Shown here in pieces: positions 41,055-51,082 of a stretch of 64,000 nucleotides of DNA. How positions within the stretch are numbered: position 1 is the first letter of the stretch; each line of letters starts with the position of its first letter. The position numbers were made by a program, and so were the translations under genes. The notes under the pieces are model-generated. The model was not told the DNA's origin, did not search any database, and saw only the letters and a program-made list of their open reading frames with translations. Source of the stretch: an uncultured delta proteobacterium (GTDB lineage Bacteria; Desulfobacterota; Binatia; UBA9968). The stretch covers positions 32,001 through 96,000 of the forward strand of contig CAVTUQ010000014.1 of assembly GCA_963737905.1 (NCBI GenBank), read 5' to 3'.

Positions 41055-41540
41055 ATGAAAGCACAGACGTCTTACGACCAAGATCTACGTGCCATCGGTC
41101 AGGCGCTTGAAAAGCGCCGAATCACTATCTTCGAGATAAAGAACCAACCTGGCCGTTACGTCGTACGCGGCACCCCCGATAAGCCTACTTCCGTTATTGC
41201 CAGCATGCGACGATGGGTTCGAGGAGGCGAAAATGACGCCTCCGGCACGATCCATTATAGTGCCAAAGAAATTGAAGAGATAGAACGGCAGGGAAAAAAG
41301 CAGCGCGCTAAGACAGGTCGTCTTCCCGACTTCTACAATCTTTCAAATACCCTTCGGACTTTGGGTGCGTATCTGAACTCTAAAGACGCCGAGTTATTAG
41401 AACTGCACAAAAGACCGCTCACCGTAACCCTGCTGTACCAAAACAACCATGGACATCCCCACATGGAAGATCGCACCATCGCCTCTTTCTTCAACATATT
41501 CATCGAAATGCACGGGAGACGAAACCGGGCTAAAGCCTAA
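41055..41540 (+). CDS. Hypothetical protein with apparent internal duplication
   Basis: Sole ORF filling the gap. Two similar segments DLRAIGQALE and TLRTLGAYLN. Confidence 0.7.
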   Translation: MKAQTSYDQDLRAIGQALEKRRITIFEIKNQPGRYVVRGTPDKPTSVIASMRRWVRGGENDASGTIHYSAKEIEEIERQGKKQRAKTGRLPDFYNLSNTLRTLGAYLNSKDAELLELHKRPLTVTLLYQNNHGHPHMEDRTIASFFNIFIEMHGRRNRAKA

Positions 41541-41580
41541 CTTAATGCGGTATTCCCTCAATGCGTTTGAATAATTCGGG

Positions 41581-41661
41581 CGTCATTCCGGGCAACTGGC
41601 GATAGTTAGCGCGACCCGGAATCCAGGAAACTTCTGGATACCCGCTTTCGCGGGTATGACG
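41581..41661. repeat. REP/RPE-like nested palindrome
   Basis: CGTCATTCCGGG...CCCGGAATCCAG...CTGGATACCCGCTTTCGCGGGTATGACG: terminal CGTCAT/ATGACG inverted repeat with internal stems, between convergent genes. Confidence 0.75.
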
Positions 41662-41678
41662 TTGAGTGCCTGCGTGAG

Positions 41679-42281
41679 CTATCCAACTTTTTCTTGCAAC
41701 CGTTTCACCAGCTCTTCATAGGAGGAGCTGGAGATAACTCGATCGAACTGCGAGCGATAATTGTTGACAATACTGATGTTCTCCACCACCGCGTCGTAGA
41801 CCTTCCATTGACCCTGGACTTGCCGTAATTTGTAAGTGACCGCGAGCTCCTCGCCCTTGGGCTTAACAATGGTGGACTCCACCTGGGCAAAATCGTTATC
41901 TATCGCCTCACGGCCGAACCGCACCTTTTCGCCTCCATACAGATCGATCTTGTCCGAATAGATTCTTTCCAAAAAATCTCGAAAGAGCTTGACAAACTCC
42001 TCCTGCTCGGCCGGAGTTCTTCGCCGCCAATGGGTGCCGAGCGCTCGTTTGGCCATCTCCTCGTAATCAAAAATTGAATTGAGCGCTTCCCTCAAGCGAT
42101 CAACGCGTTCCCTCTTTTTATCCTGGGACTGCAGTTTAGGATCTTTCAGAATTTCAACTGCTTTGTTTACCGCCGTGCGTACGAGCTCAAGTGGCTCGCC
42201 TGCCTGAGTGAAACAAGGAAAGACAAAACACAACGTAACGATGAAAACGGCTGTCGCTATTTGCCGTATCTTTTTATGCAT
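41679..42281 (-). CDS. mlaC: MlaC/Ttg2D family phospholipid-binding periplasmic protein
   Basis: Signal peptide, FDYEEMAKRALG and WKVYDAVVENISIVNNYRSQF. Confidence 0.85.
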   Translation of the reverse strand: MHKKIRQIATAVFIVTLCFVFPCFTQAGEPLELVRTAVNKAVEILKDPKLQSQDKKRERVDRLREALNSIFDYEEMAKRALGTHWRRRTPAEQEEFVKLFRDFLERIYSDKIDLYGGEKVRFGREAIDNDFAQVESTIVKPKGEELAVTYKLRQVQGQWKVYDAVVENISIVNNYRSQFDRVISSSSYEELVKRLQEKVG

Positions 42282-42306
42282 TTAGGCTTATCCTTTTGTA
42301 TATGGG

Positions 42307-42663
42307 CTACCCGGGAAACAAAACCAATATCCAAACAGCCACCGAAAGCACGATCGCGCAGAAAACAGCTGCCGAACCGAAATCTTTTGCTTTCCTCGAA
42401 AGCTCATGGCGATCCCTGCCTATGCGATCGACTGCGGCTTCGATGGCCGAGTTGATCATCTCGACCACAATCACCAACATCCAACTTCCAATTAGCAAAG
42501 CGCGTTCCACACCCGTAGTTGTCAAGAGCCAGGCTGCGGGGATAACCAGAATCAAAATCAGGAGTTCCTGTCGAAACGCTTGTTCCGAGCGAAAGGCATC
42601 GCGCAGGCCAACTAAGGAATCGATGGTCGCTTGCACAAGGTGATTTAAAGGCTCAAACGCCAT
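42307..42663 (-). CDS. dgkA: Diacylglycerol kinase
   Basis: EQAFRQE, VEMINSAIEAAVD and AKDFGSAAV; three TM helices. Confidence 0.92.
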   Translation of the reverse strand: MAFEPLNHLVQATIDSLVGLRDAFRSEQAFRQELLILILVIPAAWLLTTTGVERALLIGSWMLVIVVEMINSAIEAAVDRIGRDRHELSRKAKDFGSAAVFCAIVLSVAVWILVLFPG

Positions 42664-42735
42664 AGCCGCATCCCCGCGCTCTCATACCGGGCATCCGGGC
42701 CATGGCCATTGGTTGAACGCCGTCAGGGTTCCAAC

Positions 42736-44958
42736 TCAGCGCTGTTTAAGGGCCGCCAACACTTTTTCCGCTGTAATAGGGAGCGACATGATGCGTGCCC
42801 CGATAGCGTCTTCTACTGCATTGGCGATGGCCGCGGCCGTCGGAATGATAGCCGTCTCACCGATGCTCATACTGTTATACGGCCCGCTGCCGGTGTCGGA
42901 TTGGAAGATAGCGGTTTTTAGCTGTGGAATATCCTTGATATTAGGAATCTTATAGTCGCCGAGGTTAGCATTGAGGACTTTACCGCCATCGTCTGTCATG
43001 ATTTGTTCCATGATACCGTACCCCATCCCCATCACCACGGCGCCGTCGATCTGGCCCTGATGGGTTAGAGGATTCAAAATGCTCCCCGTGTTATGGGAAG
43101 TCGTAATGCGCCGCACATCCACCTCGCCGGTTTCATCGTCTACCTCCACCTCCACCACCTGCGCCACCGTGGAGGTCTCCGGCCCCTCTTTCATGTTCAT
43201 GTAATGTCCTTCCGCGATGATCGGACTGCCATTGCTCCGAGCAATCTCAGCAAAGCTCATCCGCCTTTCAGCGCGGCCATGAGTCACGCCGCCGTCATAC
43301 AATATCAATTCTTCAGGCGACGCACTCATCGCCCGCGCGGCGGCTCGCAAAATTTCTTCGCGTGCTTTCTTCCCCGCCTCAAAAGCCGATCCCCCGTGGA
43401 CTCGGGTGCTGCTGCTCCCGCGCACCCCCGTATCCCTCAGCACCTTGGTCGTATCGAGGATCTCGACTTTGATTGAATCGAGGGACACTTTGATCTCCTC
43501 GGCGACGATCTGGCGCATAATGGTGTAGGCGCCCGGGCCCGTATCCGTAACCGCCGTAGACAGCGTCACCTCTCCCGTCTCGTCGATCTTAACAAAGCAG
43601 TACGACTCCCCGCCCTTGGAAACCCAATTGCCTACGGCGCATCCGCGCCCCACGTTCTTTGCCTTGGCGGCATGAAATCCCGACTCTTCCAAGGCTTTCT
43701 TCAATGTCTCCGCCGCTTTAACGTGAGCGATGCTCTCTCCCACCGGAAAATGGTCGCCGTCCTGCATAAAGTTGATACGCCGGTATTCCGCCGGATCGAT
43801 GCCCAATTTTTTTGCCACGATGTTCGCCTGGCTTTCGCTGGCAAAACAGCCCTGCGGGTGGCCCGGCGCCCGCATGTATCCGCAAGGAAATTTGTTGGTG
43901 TAAACGTATTTTTCTTCGATGTGGGTGTTGGGGATCCGGTAGGGCCCCGAGGCCTCGTGCGCGCCCACGAGAAAACCCTGCGGCCGATAGGCTCCGTAAG
44001 CGCCGCTGTCAAAAATATATTCCATCCGCTGGGCAATCAGCAGCCCGTTTTTTTTCACGCCGGTCTTGATCCTGATCGTTGCCCCGTGGCGCGGATTGCC
44101 GGCAATCAGCTCCTCCGTATAGTCGATGAGAAATTTCACGGGACGACCGCTCCTCTTCGAAAGTACGTAGCAAAGAGCGACTTCGTTGGCATCTCCCTTG
44201 CCGCCGAAATCGCCGCCGACATAACAGGGATGAATAACAATGGCCGCGGGGGAAATTTGCAGAGCGCTTCCCACTTGCTCGCGCATGGCGAACGGGCTCT
44301 TGGTTGAAGCCCATACCTCGGCACCGCCGTCGGGCTTTACATGCACGACGCAGGAATGGGGCTCAATATAGGCCTGATGAACCGCCGGTACCTGGAAGGT
44401 GTTTTCAACGACGACGTCGGACTGCCGAAATCCCTCTTCGACGTCCCCCTTGTTCCATGTCAAGTGAACGAATACATTGCTCGGCACTTCAATCTTTTGC
44501 AAAAGCCCTTTGTACTGTGCCATGTCTGGATGAAGCAGCGGCGCAGACGATTGGACTGCGTCGAGGGGGTCGGTTACCGCAGGAAGCTCTTCGTATTCTA
44601 CGTCAATCAAATCCACCGCCCGCTCGGCCGCTTCTTCGGTTTCAGCAGCTACGGCCGCCACCTTCTCCCCGATGTACCGGACAACACCGTCGGCCAACAG
44701 CGGTATATCCACAATCTTCTTACCGATCTTTATGCCGGCGATCTCTTGCCCGGTAAGAACGACCCTTACCCCGGGCAATTTTTGTGCTTCCGTGATGTCG
44801 ATCTTTTTGATCTTCCCGTGGGGAATGGGACTCCGCAGCACTTTGACCCAAAGGATGTTCGGCAGCGCGACATCCACCGCGTAGAGCGCCTTGCCGCCAA
44901 CTTTTTCCTCTCCCTCGACCCGCGGGCTGGGTATACCTACGCTTCGAATCTCCGCCAT
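42736..44958 (-). CDS. Xanthine dehydrogenase family molybdopterin-binding large subunit
   Basis: RSPIPHGKI, YIEPH, GGDFGGK, MRAPG, GQIDG and SIGE motifs. Confidence 0.9.
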   Translation of the reverse strand: MAEIRSVGIPSPRVEGEEKVGGKALYAVDVALPNILWVKVLRSPIPHGKIKKIDITEAQKLPGVRVVLTGQEIAGIKIGKKIVDIPLLADGVVRYIGEKVAAVAAETEEAAERAVDLIDVEYEELPAVTDPLDAVQSSAPLLHPDMAQYKGLLQKIEVPSNVFVHLTWNKGDVEEGFRQSDVVVENTFQVPAVHQAYIEPHSCVVHVKPDGGAEVWASTKSPFAMREQVGSALQISPAAIVIHPCYVGGDFGGKGDANEVALCYVLSKRSGRPVKFLIDYTEELIAGNPRHGATIRIKTGVKKNGLLIAQRMEYIFDSGAYGAYRPQGFLVGAHEASGPYRIPNTHIEEKYVYTNKFPCGYMRAPGHPQGCFASESQANIVAKKLGIDPAEYRRINFMQDGDHFPVGESIAHVKAAETLKKALEESGFHAAKAKNVGRGCAVGNWVSKGGESYCFVKIDETGEVTLSTAVTDTGPGAYTIMRQIVAEEIKVSLDSIKVEILDTTKVLRDTGVRGSSSTRVHGGSAFEAGKKAREEILRAAARAMSASPEELILYDGGVTHGRAERRMSFAEIARSNGSPIIAEGHYMNMKEGPETSTVAQVVEVEVDDETGEVDVRRITTSHNTGSILNPLTHQGQIDGAVVMGMGYGIMEQIMTDDGGKVLNANLGDYKIPNIKDIPQLKTAIFQSDTGSGPYNSMSIGETAIIPTAAAIANAVEDAIGARIMSLPITAEKVLAALKQR

Positions 44959-45045
44959 GAGATCACCTCCCTAAATGAATATTTTGCCATATGGTTCGGC
45001 GACGGAAACGTTGTGGCGAACCGATGGAGCCCACCTTTGACGTAA

Positions 45046-45100
45046 GTTCAAGGTTCAATGTTCCAGGTTCAACGTTTCAACTTGCTTTGGACCTTGAACT
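45046..45100. repeat. 7-mer repeat element (third copy)
   Basis: 35 bp identical to 8356..8390. Shortened right arm ccttgaact abuts the MBL stop codon. Confidence 0.85.
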
Positions 45101-45892
45101 CTAGACGACCAATCGCATCTGGTCTGTCGCCATGACGATGTGTCGTGTAAACTCCTTACTCGCATCGTTAAACAAAGGTTCCTTCTTCGTGTCGGGCTGT
45201 AGGTGAGTCAGAACCAGCTGATTCGCCCCGGCCTGACGCGCCACCTGTCCCACATGGGCGGGGTGACTGTGACTACGATAGTGGCCGGAGTCGGGTGGGA
45301 AATACATCGCCTCATGAATCAAAACGTCGACACCCGCTGCGCCGTTCCTCACTGCATCGCAGGGGGCCGTGTCGCCGGTAAAGAATACCCGCTTACCGTC
45401 ACCCTCAATAAGAAAACCCAACGACAGCGGAATCGGCCAGTGAACGACCTCGATGGCTCGAATCCGCCACCCTTCTCCTTCCGCAACGGCTCCATCACGC
45501 ATTTCGGTGACATTGATATTGATATCCGCTTCGGCGTCGGACTTCCTCAAATTCTTCCGCGCCGCGATGTCGATCTTGTAGGCCTCCTCAAATAGGGCAT
45601 CGGACATCGCCCTCGTGCCGGGGGGTCCATAGACCTGCAGTATGTGTCGGCGCCCGAAGCGCCACGACGTCAAGACCAGCAAGGCATAATCCGCCACATG
45701 ATCATAATGACCGTGAGTCAGAAAACAGTGAGTGATGCTGTTTGGTTCGATATGCAGCCGCGCCATCTGCTGCACGCAGGCTCGGCCGCAGTCGAGAAGA
45801 ATCCTAGCGGATCCGACGTCCACCAGGATTGCCGAGCTGCCGCGCAGTGGATCCTGGTAGGGTGTTCCTGTTCCGAGAAAGCAAATCTCCAT
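45101..45892 (-). CDS. Metallo-beta-lactamase fold hydrolase (RNase Z/AtsA-like)
   Basis: FLGTG, LDCG, THGHYDH, FTGDT, HEA and LTH. Confidence 0.88.
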   Translation of the reverse strand: MEICFLGTGTPYQDPLRGSSAILVDVGSARILLDCGRACVQQMARLHIEPNSITHCFLTHGHYDHVADYALLVLTSWRFGRRHILQVYGPPGTRAMSDALFEEAYKIDIAARKNLRKSDAEADININVTEMRDGAVAEGEGWRIRAIEVVHWPIPLSLGFLIEGDGKRVFFTGDTAPCDAVRNGAAGVDVLIHEAMYFPPDSGHYRSHSHPAHVGQVARQAGANQLVLTHLQPDTKKEPLFNDASKEFTRHIVMATDQMRLVV

Positions 45893-45919
45893 GATAACTC
45901 CCTATTATCTAAATCTCAT

Positions 45920-45978
45920 TGGAATCATGGAATAATGAAAAACCCAATATTCCAGTATTCTATCATTCCTTTATTCCA
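45920..45978. repeat. 8-mer repeat hairpin (TGGAATAA-type / TATTCCA-type)
   Basis: tggaatca tggaataa tg ... tattccag tattctat cattcctt tattcca. Overlaps the lhr stop codon and is related to 21344..21414. Confidence 0.7.
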
Positions 45979-48900
45979 GTTCTCCTGATTTCTGTCGCAG
46001 CCGGCTCAACACCGCCCCCAACAACCCGATGTCAACGGGCGCGCCATTCTGGTACGCGATGACCTGACTGGAGTAAGGTGAAATTCGGCCGCCTGGCGTC
46101 AGGATACCGACGAGGTTCAACGGATCAGCGCAGGAAATCACCACGGGCTCCTGTGGGTCTTTAGAGCGGCGTTCCGCTCGTAACCTCTCGACGGCCTCCG
46201 GCAACGCGAATTGCTCGCCAACGAAACCGTTGACGAAACGGCCGCCACGAATCTCGCCCCGCGCCTCCAGGCGCCGGTAGACAGCCAGCAGACTTCTCCA
46301 CGACGGCGCGCAGGATTCGCGGGCGAGCAAGTCTCGAAACATGACTCCGTAGCGACGCAAAAGCTGCCATGCCCGACGCTCGATCGCTTTCTCTGTTTCA
46401 ACCGGCAGTACGCTTGTGCGCTCCCGCCATAAGGACCAACGTCCCACCGGCATCATTCTTTCCGCCGCACGGCCACCGCTAATGATGCGCAGGCGGTGAC
46501 GCCTGCCCTTTCTTTTGGTCTCCGGCGTCAGCAGAATTCTGAGGCCTGCAATCCCATCGCCGGTTGCGAAACCGTGCGCCACGAGTTGCCACAGGGCCTC
46601 TTCGGCTTTGACTTTCAATAGCCCGGTGCCGCGCGCGATATCGGAGAGAAACGAGGCGCCGCGTTGCGCCAAATAGCGACCCACTTCCCGGGCCATGGGA
46701 GACAGACCCGCGGCCTCTTCCCATTCAGGAACCGTACCTTCGAGAAACAATTCAAACTCGTCGCGCAGCAGAAATGCGATGGGCGCCGTGCGTGTGGGCA
46801 CGAGCAACCTGCGCCGTCGTCGCTTGAGTATTCTACCCGCATCGTCAGTTTCCTGGGGGTCATCATTCAATCGCAAACGGCCCCAAGTGATTACCCCGGC
46901 CAGGCAGAGGTCTTCGAGATGCGACGGGTCGTAATCCTTAATCCGCGCGGGTAGAACGTGCTGCTCCCAGGCCGGTGCCGGCAGCTCGAGTCCCTGCAAC
47001 TGGCGAATGACTTCCAAAACTCCGTCGCGCCCGCGCAGTTGGGTCTTGGCAGCCACATGCTGCCAAACCAAAAGAAATTGGATGAAATCCGCCGCTGAAA
47101 CAGGCTCGATCTCCTTACGCATCCGCCCCAGGGTCAGCCGATGAATCCTGGACAAGAGCAATCGGTCGCACCATTCGACGGCCTCTCCTCGAGCAACCGT
47201 GAATTCCCCGCGCAGAACGATGCCGTCGGACTCCAACGCCAGTAACGCGGTTTCAATTTTTGACGCCCCGATGCTCAATCGGCGGGACAATTCGCTGGCC
47301 GTCGTCGGTCCCAAGGCCTCGATCCAGCCGTGAATGATTTTTCGCGTAGCTTCTTCCTCCGACGCCGGGACCCCCATTAGTCCCTCCGGCAAACGAAGCT
47401 CGGGATGCAGAACGGCCATGGGGAGTACCAACCGCACCAGTGCGAGACGTTCGGCTGCTACATAGGCCTGCTGTGTTTCCCCGCTTGGGTCTGCGGGCCA
47501 GCTTAACAAGGTCGCCCTCCCGGTATCGATCAGCTGCCGCGCCAGGAGAGACCACTCCTTCCCTTCTCCAACAGGCAGTAAACAGACACTCAACATGAAG
47601 TCATGGAGCTCATCCGCATCGCGCACATCGGGCCAAGCTTGATCGCATACTTCTTGGATAGCCGCGGGATCCAAACGTCCCAATTCGCCATCCATCCATG
47701 GATCCACACGTCTTAACGACACCGCCCGGGCCCGCCTCTCTTCGAGCGGCGCGTCATCCAAAAAGGCATAGGGATTGGCATTGAGAATTTCATGGGCCAT
47801 CGCGGAAGGCGCTGGCGTATCAATGGCTAGAGTGCGAATTTCCTCCCCGCCGATCTTACCGAGAAGTTCCCGCAGGCCCTCTAAATCCATCGCCTCGTGG
47901 AGGCAATCGCGCAAAGTCTCGTTGACCAACGGATGATCGGGGATTTGTATGGGTCCCACTTGGTTGTCCTGACACATCACCTGTTCCGGAAACACGGCAC
48001 CCAACAAGTCTTCGGCGCGCATGCGCTGCAAAGCAACCGGCACTTTCTTGCCGCCACTATGGCGCGCCACCGCCAGCGCGCGGGTGGCATTCCAGCGCCA
48101 GCGATTAGTAAAAAAGGGAGAGGCAAGCACCGCCTGGGTCAACTCGCGCTCCACGATTGCCGGCCGCACCATGGAAAATACGTCAGCCGTAGGAAACGAA
48201 TGCTGCTCCACAAGTGAAATAACAATCCCGTCGTCCGTGGCAGCGGCTTGCAGTTCTCGGTCGAAATTGACGCAGAAGCGTTTTCTGAGCGCCAAGCCCC
48301 AGGCGCGATTAATGCCATTGCCCCAGGGAGAGTGAATCACCAGTTGCATGCCGCCCGCTTCATCGAAAAAACGCTCCGCGACGATCTGCGGTTTGCGTGG
48401 GAATGCATCCCAGAACCGCCCTGGTTTCTTTGACATAGTTGACAATTTGCTCGGCGACGCCGTCTGTAATACCGGTTTCTTCGTTGAGCCAGCGCTGCGC
48501 CTCGTTGGGATCGGCAAGTCGTTCGTTCACTTCGCGCCGAAGATCGGATACCGCCGCCGAAAGCTCCCGAGTGCGCGCCGGCGCTTCGCCGAACCAAAAC
48601 GGGATGCTGGGCGGCAACCCCTGGGCATCCTCGACCCAAACCTTGCCGGAGCCGACCCGCCGAATACGCCACGATCGATTGCCCAACAGAAAGATATCCC
48701 CCGCGAGACTCTCGATGGCAAAATCTTCATTCACTTTGCCCACAAGGATCTCATCGGGAAATTGAATAACATCATAATCAGCGGTGTCTGGAATAGCGCC
48801 GCCATTCGTAATGGCGGTGAGCCGCGCGCCGCGTCGAGGGCGCAGCATGCCGTTAATTCGGTCGCGGTGAATATAGGCGCCCCGCCGGCCTCTCCGTGTC

Positions 48901-50334
48901 GACACCCCTTCGGACAACATCTCCAAGAGCTGCTCAAATTCGGCTTTTGTCAGGTTTCGGTATGGATAGGCCCGCCGGACGAGTTCCCACAGGGTTTCCT
49001 CTCTCAATCCGGAACTGGGCTGTTCGTCTTCCTGGTTCTTGCTTTTGGCTCCCGCTTCGAGGCTAGCGACCGCCGCTACCATCTGTTGAGCCAGTACATC
49101 CAATGGCTTTTCCGGAATCTTCAGGCGGTCTAACTGCCCTTCCCTGACCGCGCGAATTCCGGCTACGCACTGCACCAGATCATCCCGAGTCAAAGGATAG
49201 AAGACCCCCTTCGGAATGGCGCCGAGCCAGTGGCCAGAACGCCCTACCCGCTGCAGCAAAATGTTTATCGTGCGCGGCGAACCGATATGGCATACCAGAT
49301 CGACATGGCCGATATCGATGCCGAGTTCTAGGGACGCGGTGGCCACCACCACCGGGAGCTCGCCGGACTTGAGCGTCTCTTCGACTTGGAGCCGAGTTTT
49401 CCGAGATAAACTCCCATGGTGCGCCCCCACCTTGTCTTCGCCCATTCGCTCGCTTAGCTGGTGTGCCACCCGCTCGACAAAACGCCGCGTATTGACAAAA
49501 ACCAGGGTCGTGCGATGGGCCTTGATCTGGGCGACTATCTTCTCATAGACCTCGGCCCACATCTCGTGCGTGGCGATGGCGCCCAGTTCCTGATCGGGAA
49601 GCTCGACCTTCAGATCCAAATCCCGCTTGTGACCGACATCGACGATGTCACAGTCCGGGTTGCCGCCGGGCGAGCACGCGCTCGTTGCCGACCAAAAGGC
49701 GCGCGACTTCTTCAATGGGCTTCTGTGTGGCGCTTAATCCGATACGTTGCAGGGGCTGTCCGGTGAGAGCCTCGAGACGCTCTAGGGAAAGCGCAAGGTG
49801 CGCGCCCCGTTTGTCCTGAGCGACCGCATGGATCTCGTCCACGATCACCGTCTCTGCCGTCTTCAAAAAACGCCGGCTACCTTCCGCCGTAAGAAGAATA
49901 TAGAGCGATTCAGGAGTGGTAATCAGGATGTGGGGCGGTGTTCGCACCATAGACTGCCGTTCGTTCGCCGGCGTATCGCCCGAGCGGACAGCCACACGAA
50001 TTTCAGGAATAAGAATCCCCTCAGACCACGCCAGTTGAAGAATCTCGGCCAGCGGCTGTTTGAGGTTCTTGGCGATATCGTTGCCGAGAGCCTTCAGAGG
50101 AGAGACATAGACAACGCTCGTCGTGTCGTCCAATTGACCGCTGACCGCCCTTTGGAATAATCGATCGATGGACCAGAGAAAAGCGGCTAAGGTTTTCCCG
50201 GAACCGGTCGGAGCCGCAATAAGCGTGGATCTTCCGCTCGCAATCGACGCCCAGCCCCTCTGCTGTGACGGCGTGGGTTTTTCGAAGCGCTGTTTGAACC
50301 AGCGCCAGACTAATGGATGAAAACCGATATCCAT
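45971..50334 (-). CDS. lhr: Lhr family SF2 helicase, long form (about 1450 aa; two frameshifts)
   Basis: APTGSGKT, SPLKAL, DEIH, SAT (49648..50334); HHGSLS, SLELGIDIG, QRVGRSGH, GGAIPD (48360..49715); QLVIHSPWG, RRYG and RGGRFV..FVGEQFA (45971..48517). Confidence 0.9.
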
Positions 50335-50420
50335 CGATGTGTCTCCAATGGCGAGGAGAAATTTAGAATAGAGGCAAAGTTAGGACAGGTCAACAATAAC
50401 TGAATTGCACCGAGATGACT

Positions 50421-50780
50421 TCACTTGGCAGGCTGGGCAGCCGGGGCCCCTTTAATTGGAATGCCCCTCTTCTCGAGCTCTTCCACCGCCGCCTTGGCCG
50501 CGGGATTACCCTGCTGCGCAAGTTCGGCGGTCTTGCTGACGAGCGACTGCAGCTGGGTTTGCATCTTTTGGGATTCTTGCATGGCTGACTCGAAATTGGC
50601 TTTTACGGCGGTCAGGTTATTTCGATCGATAATCAACTGTAGGGTTTGAAAGGCAAACCAGATGAGAACGGAAGCTATGGTTAGGATGAGAGGCAAACTC
50701 GAACCGCGCAACTCCCGGGGCTCGACTGCCGCAATCGGTGGATCTTGAGTTTCCTCGATCGTGGGCGTTTCGTTTTCCAC
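50421..50780 (-). CDS. Small single-TM coiled-coil protein of unknown function
   Basis: Hydrophobic helix LPLILTIASVLIWFAFQ followed by a heptad-rich helix; tightly packed in the operon. Confidence 0.7.
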   Translation of the reverse strand: MENETPTIEETQDPPIAAVEPRELRGSSLPLILTIASVLIWFAFQTLQLIIDRNNLTAVKANFESAMQESQKMQTQLQSLVSKTAELAQQGNPAAKAAVEELEKRGIPIKGAPAAQPAK

Positions 50781-50786
50781 GATAGT

Positions 50787-51074
50787 TTACTTTCCGCCGC
50801 CCGCCTGGGGAGATGGCTCGCCGAAATTGATGCCCTGCGATGCGAGCAAACTCTTGAGCTGGTCGTTTTTGGTTTTCAAGGCAACGGTTGCCAAAACAGT
50901 GATAATTTCTCGATGCAGTCCTTCCAGTTGAATACTCTGCGTCAGAAATTGTTGTCGCTCGTTAACTTCCGCCCGAAGCGATTGATTGCCGAGACTCAGT
51001 AGGATATTCACCAATACAAAAATGAGCATCACTACGGCCAGGGCCGCTAAAATAGTTTTTCCTTTGTAAACCAT
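50787..51074 (-). CDS. Small single-TM coiled-coil protein of unknown function
   Basis: Hydrophobic helix ILAALAVVMLIFVLVNILL followed by a coiled coil; 8 bp after lepB. Confidence 0.7.
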   Translation of the reverse strand: MVYKGKTILAALAVVMLIFVLVNILLSLGNQSLRAEVNERQQFLTQSIQLEGLHREIITVLATVALKTKNDQLKSLLASQGINFGEPSPQAGGGK

Positions 51075-51082
51075 TTAATAAC

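Noticed and set aside
42736-44958. Aerobic CO dehydrogenase CoxL
   Set aside because: The active-site loop reads YMRAPG rather than AYxCSFR, and there are no coxM/coxS neighbours.
45101-45892. Ribonuclease Z (rnz)
   Set aside because: The motifs are shared with arylsulfatase-like MBL hydrolases and the protein appears to lack the tRNA-binding exosite, so no symbol was assigned.
45971-50334. Three separate helicase-related genes or programmed frameshifting
   Set aside because: The fragments are collinear parts of one Lhr. No slippery heptamer with downstream structure was noticed, and the pattern matches the other indels.
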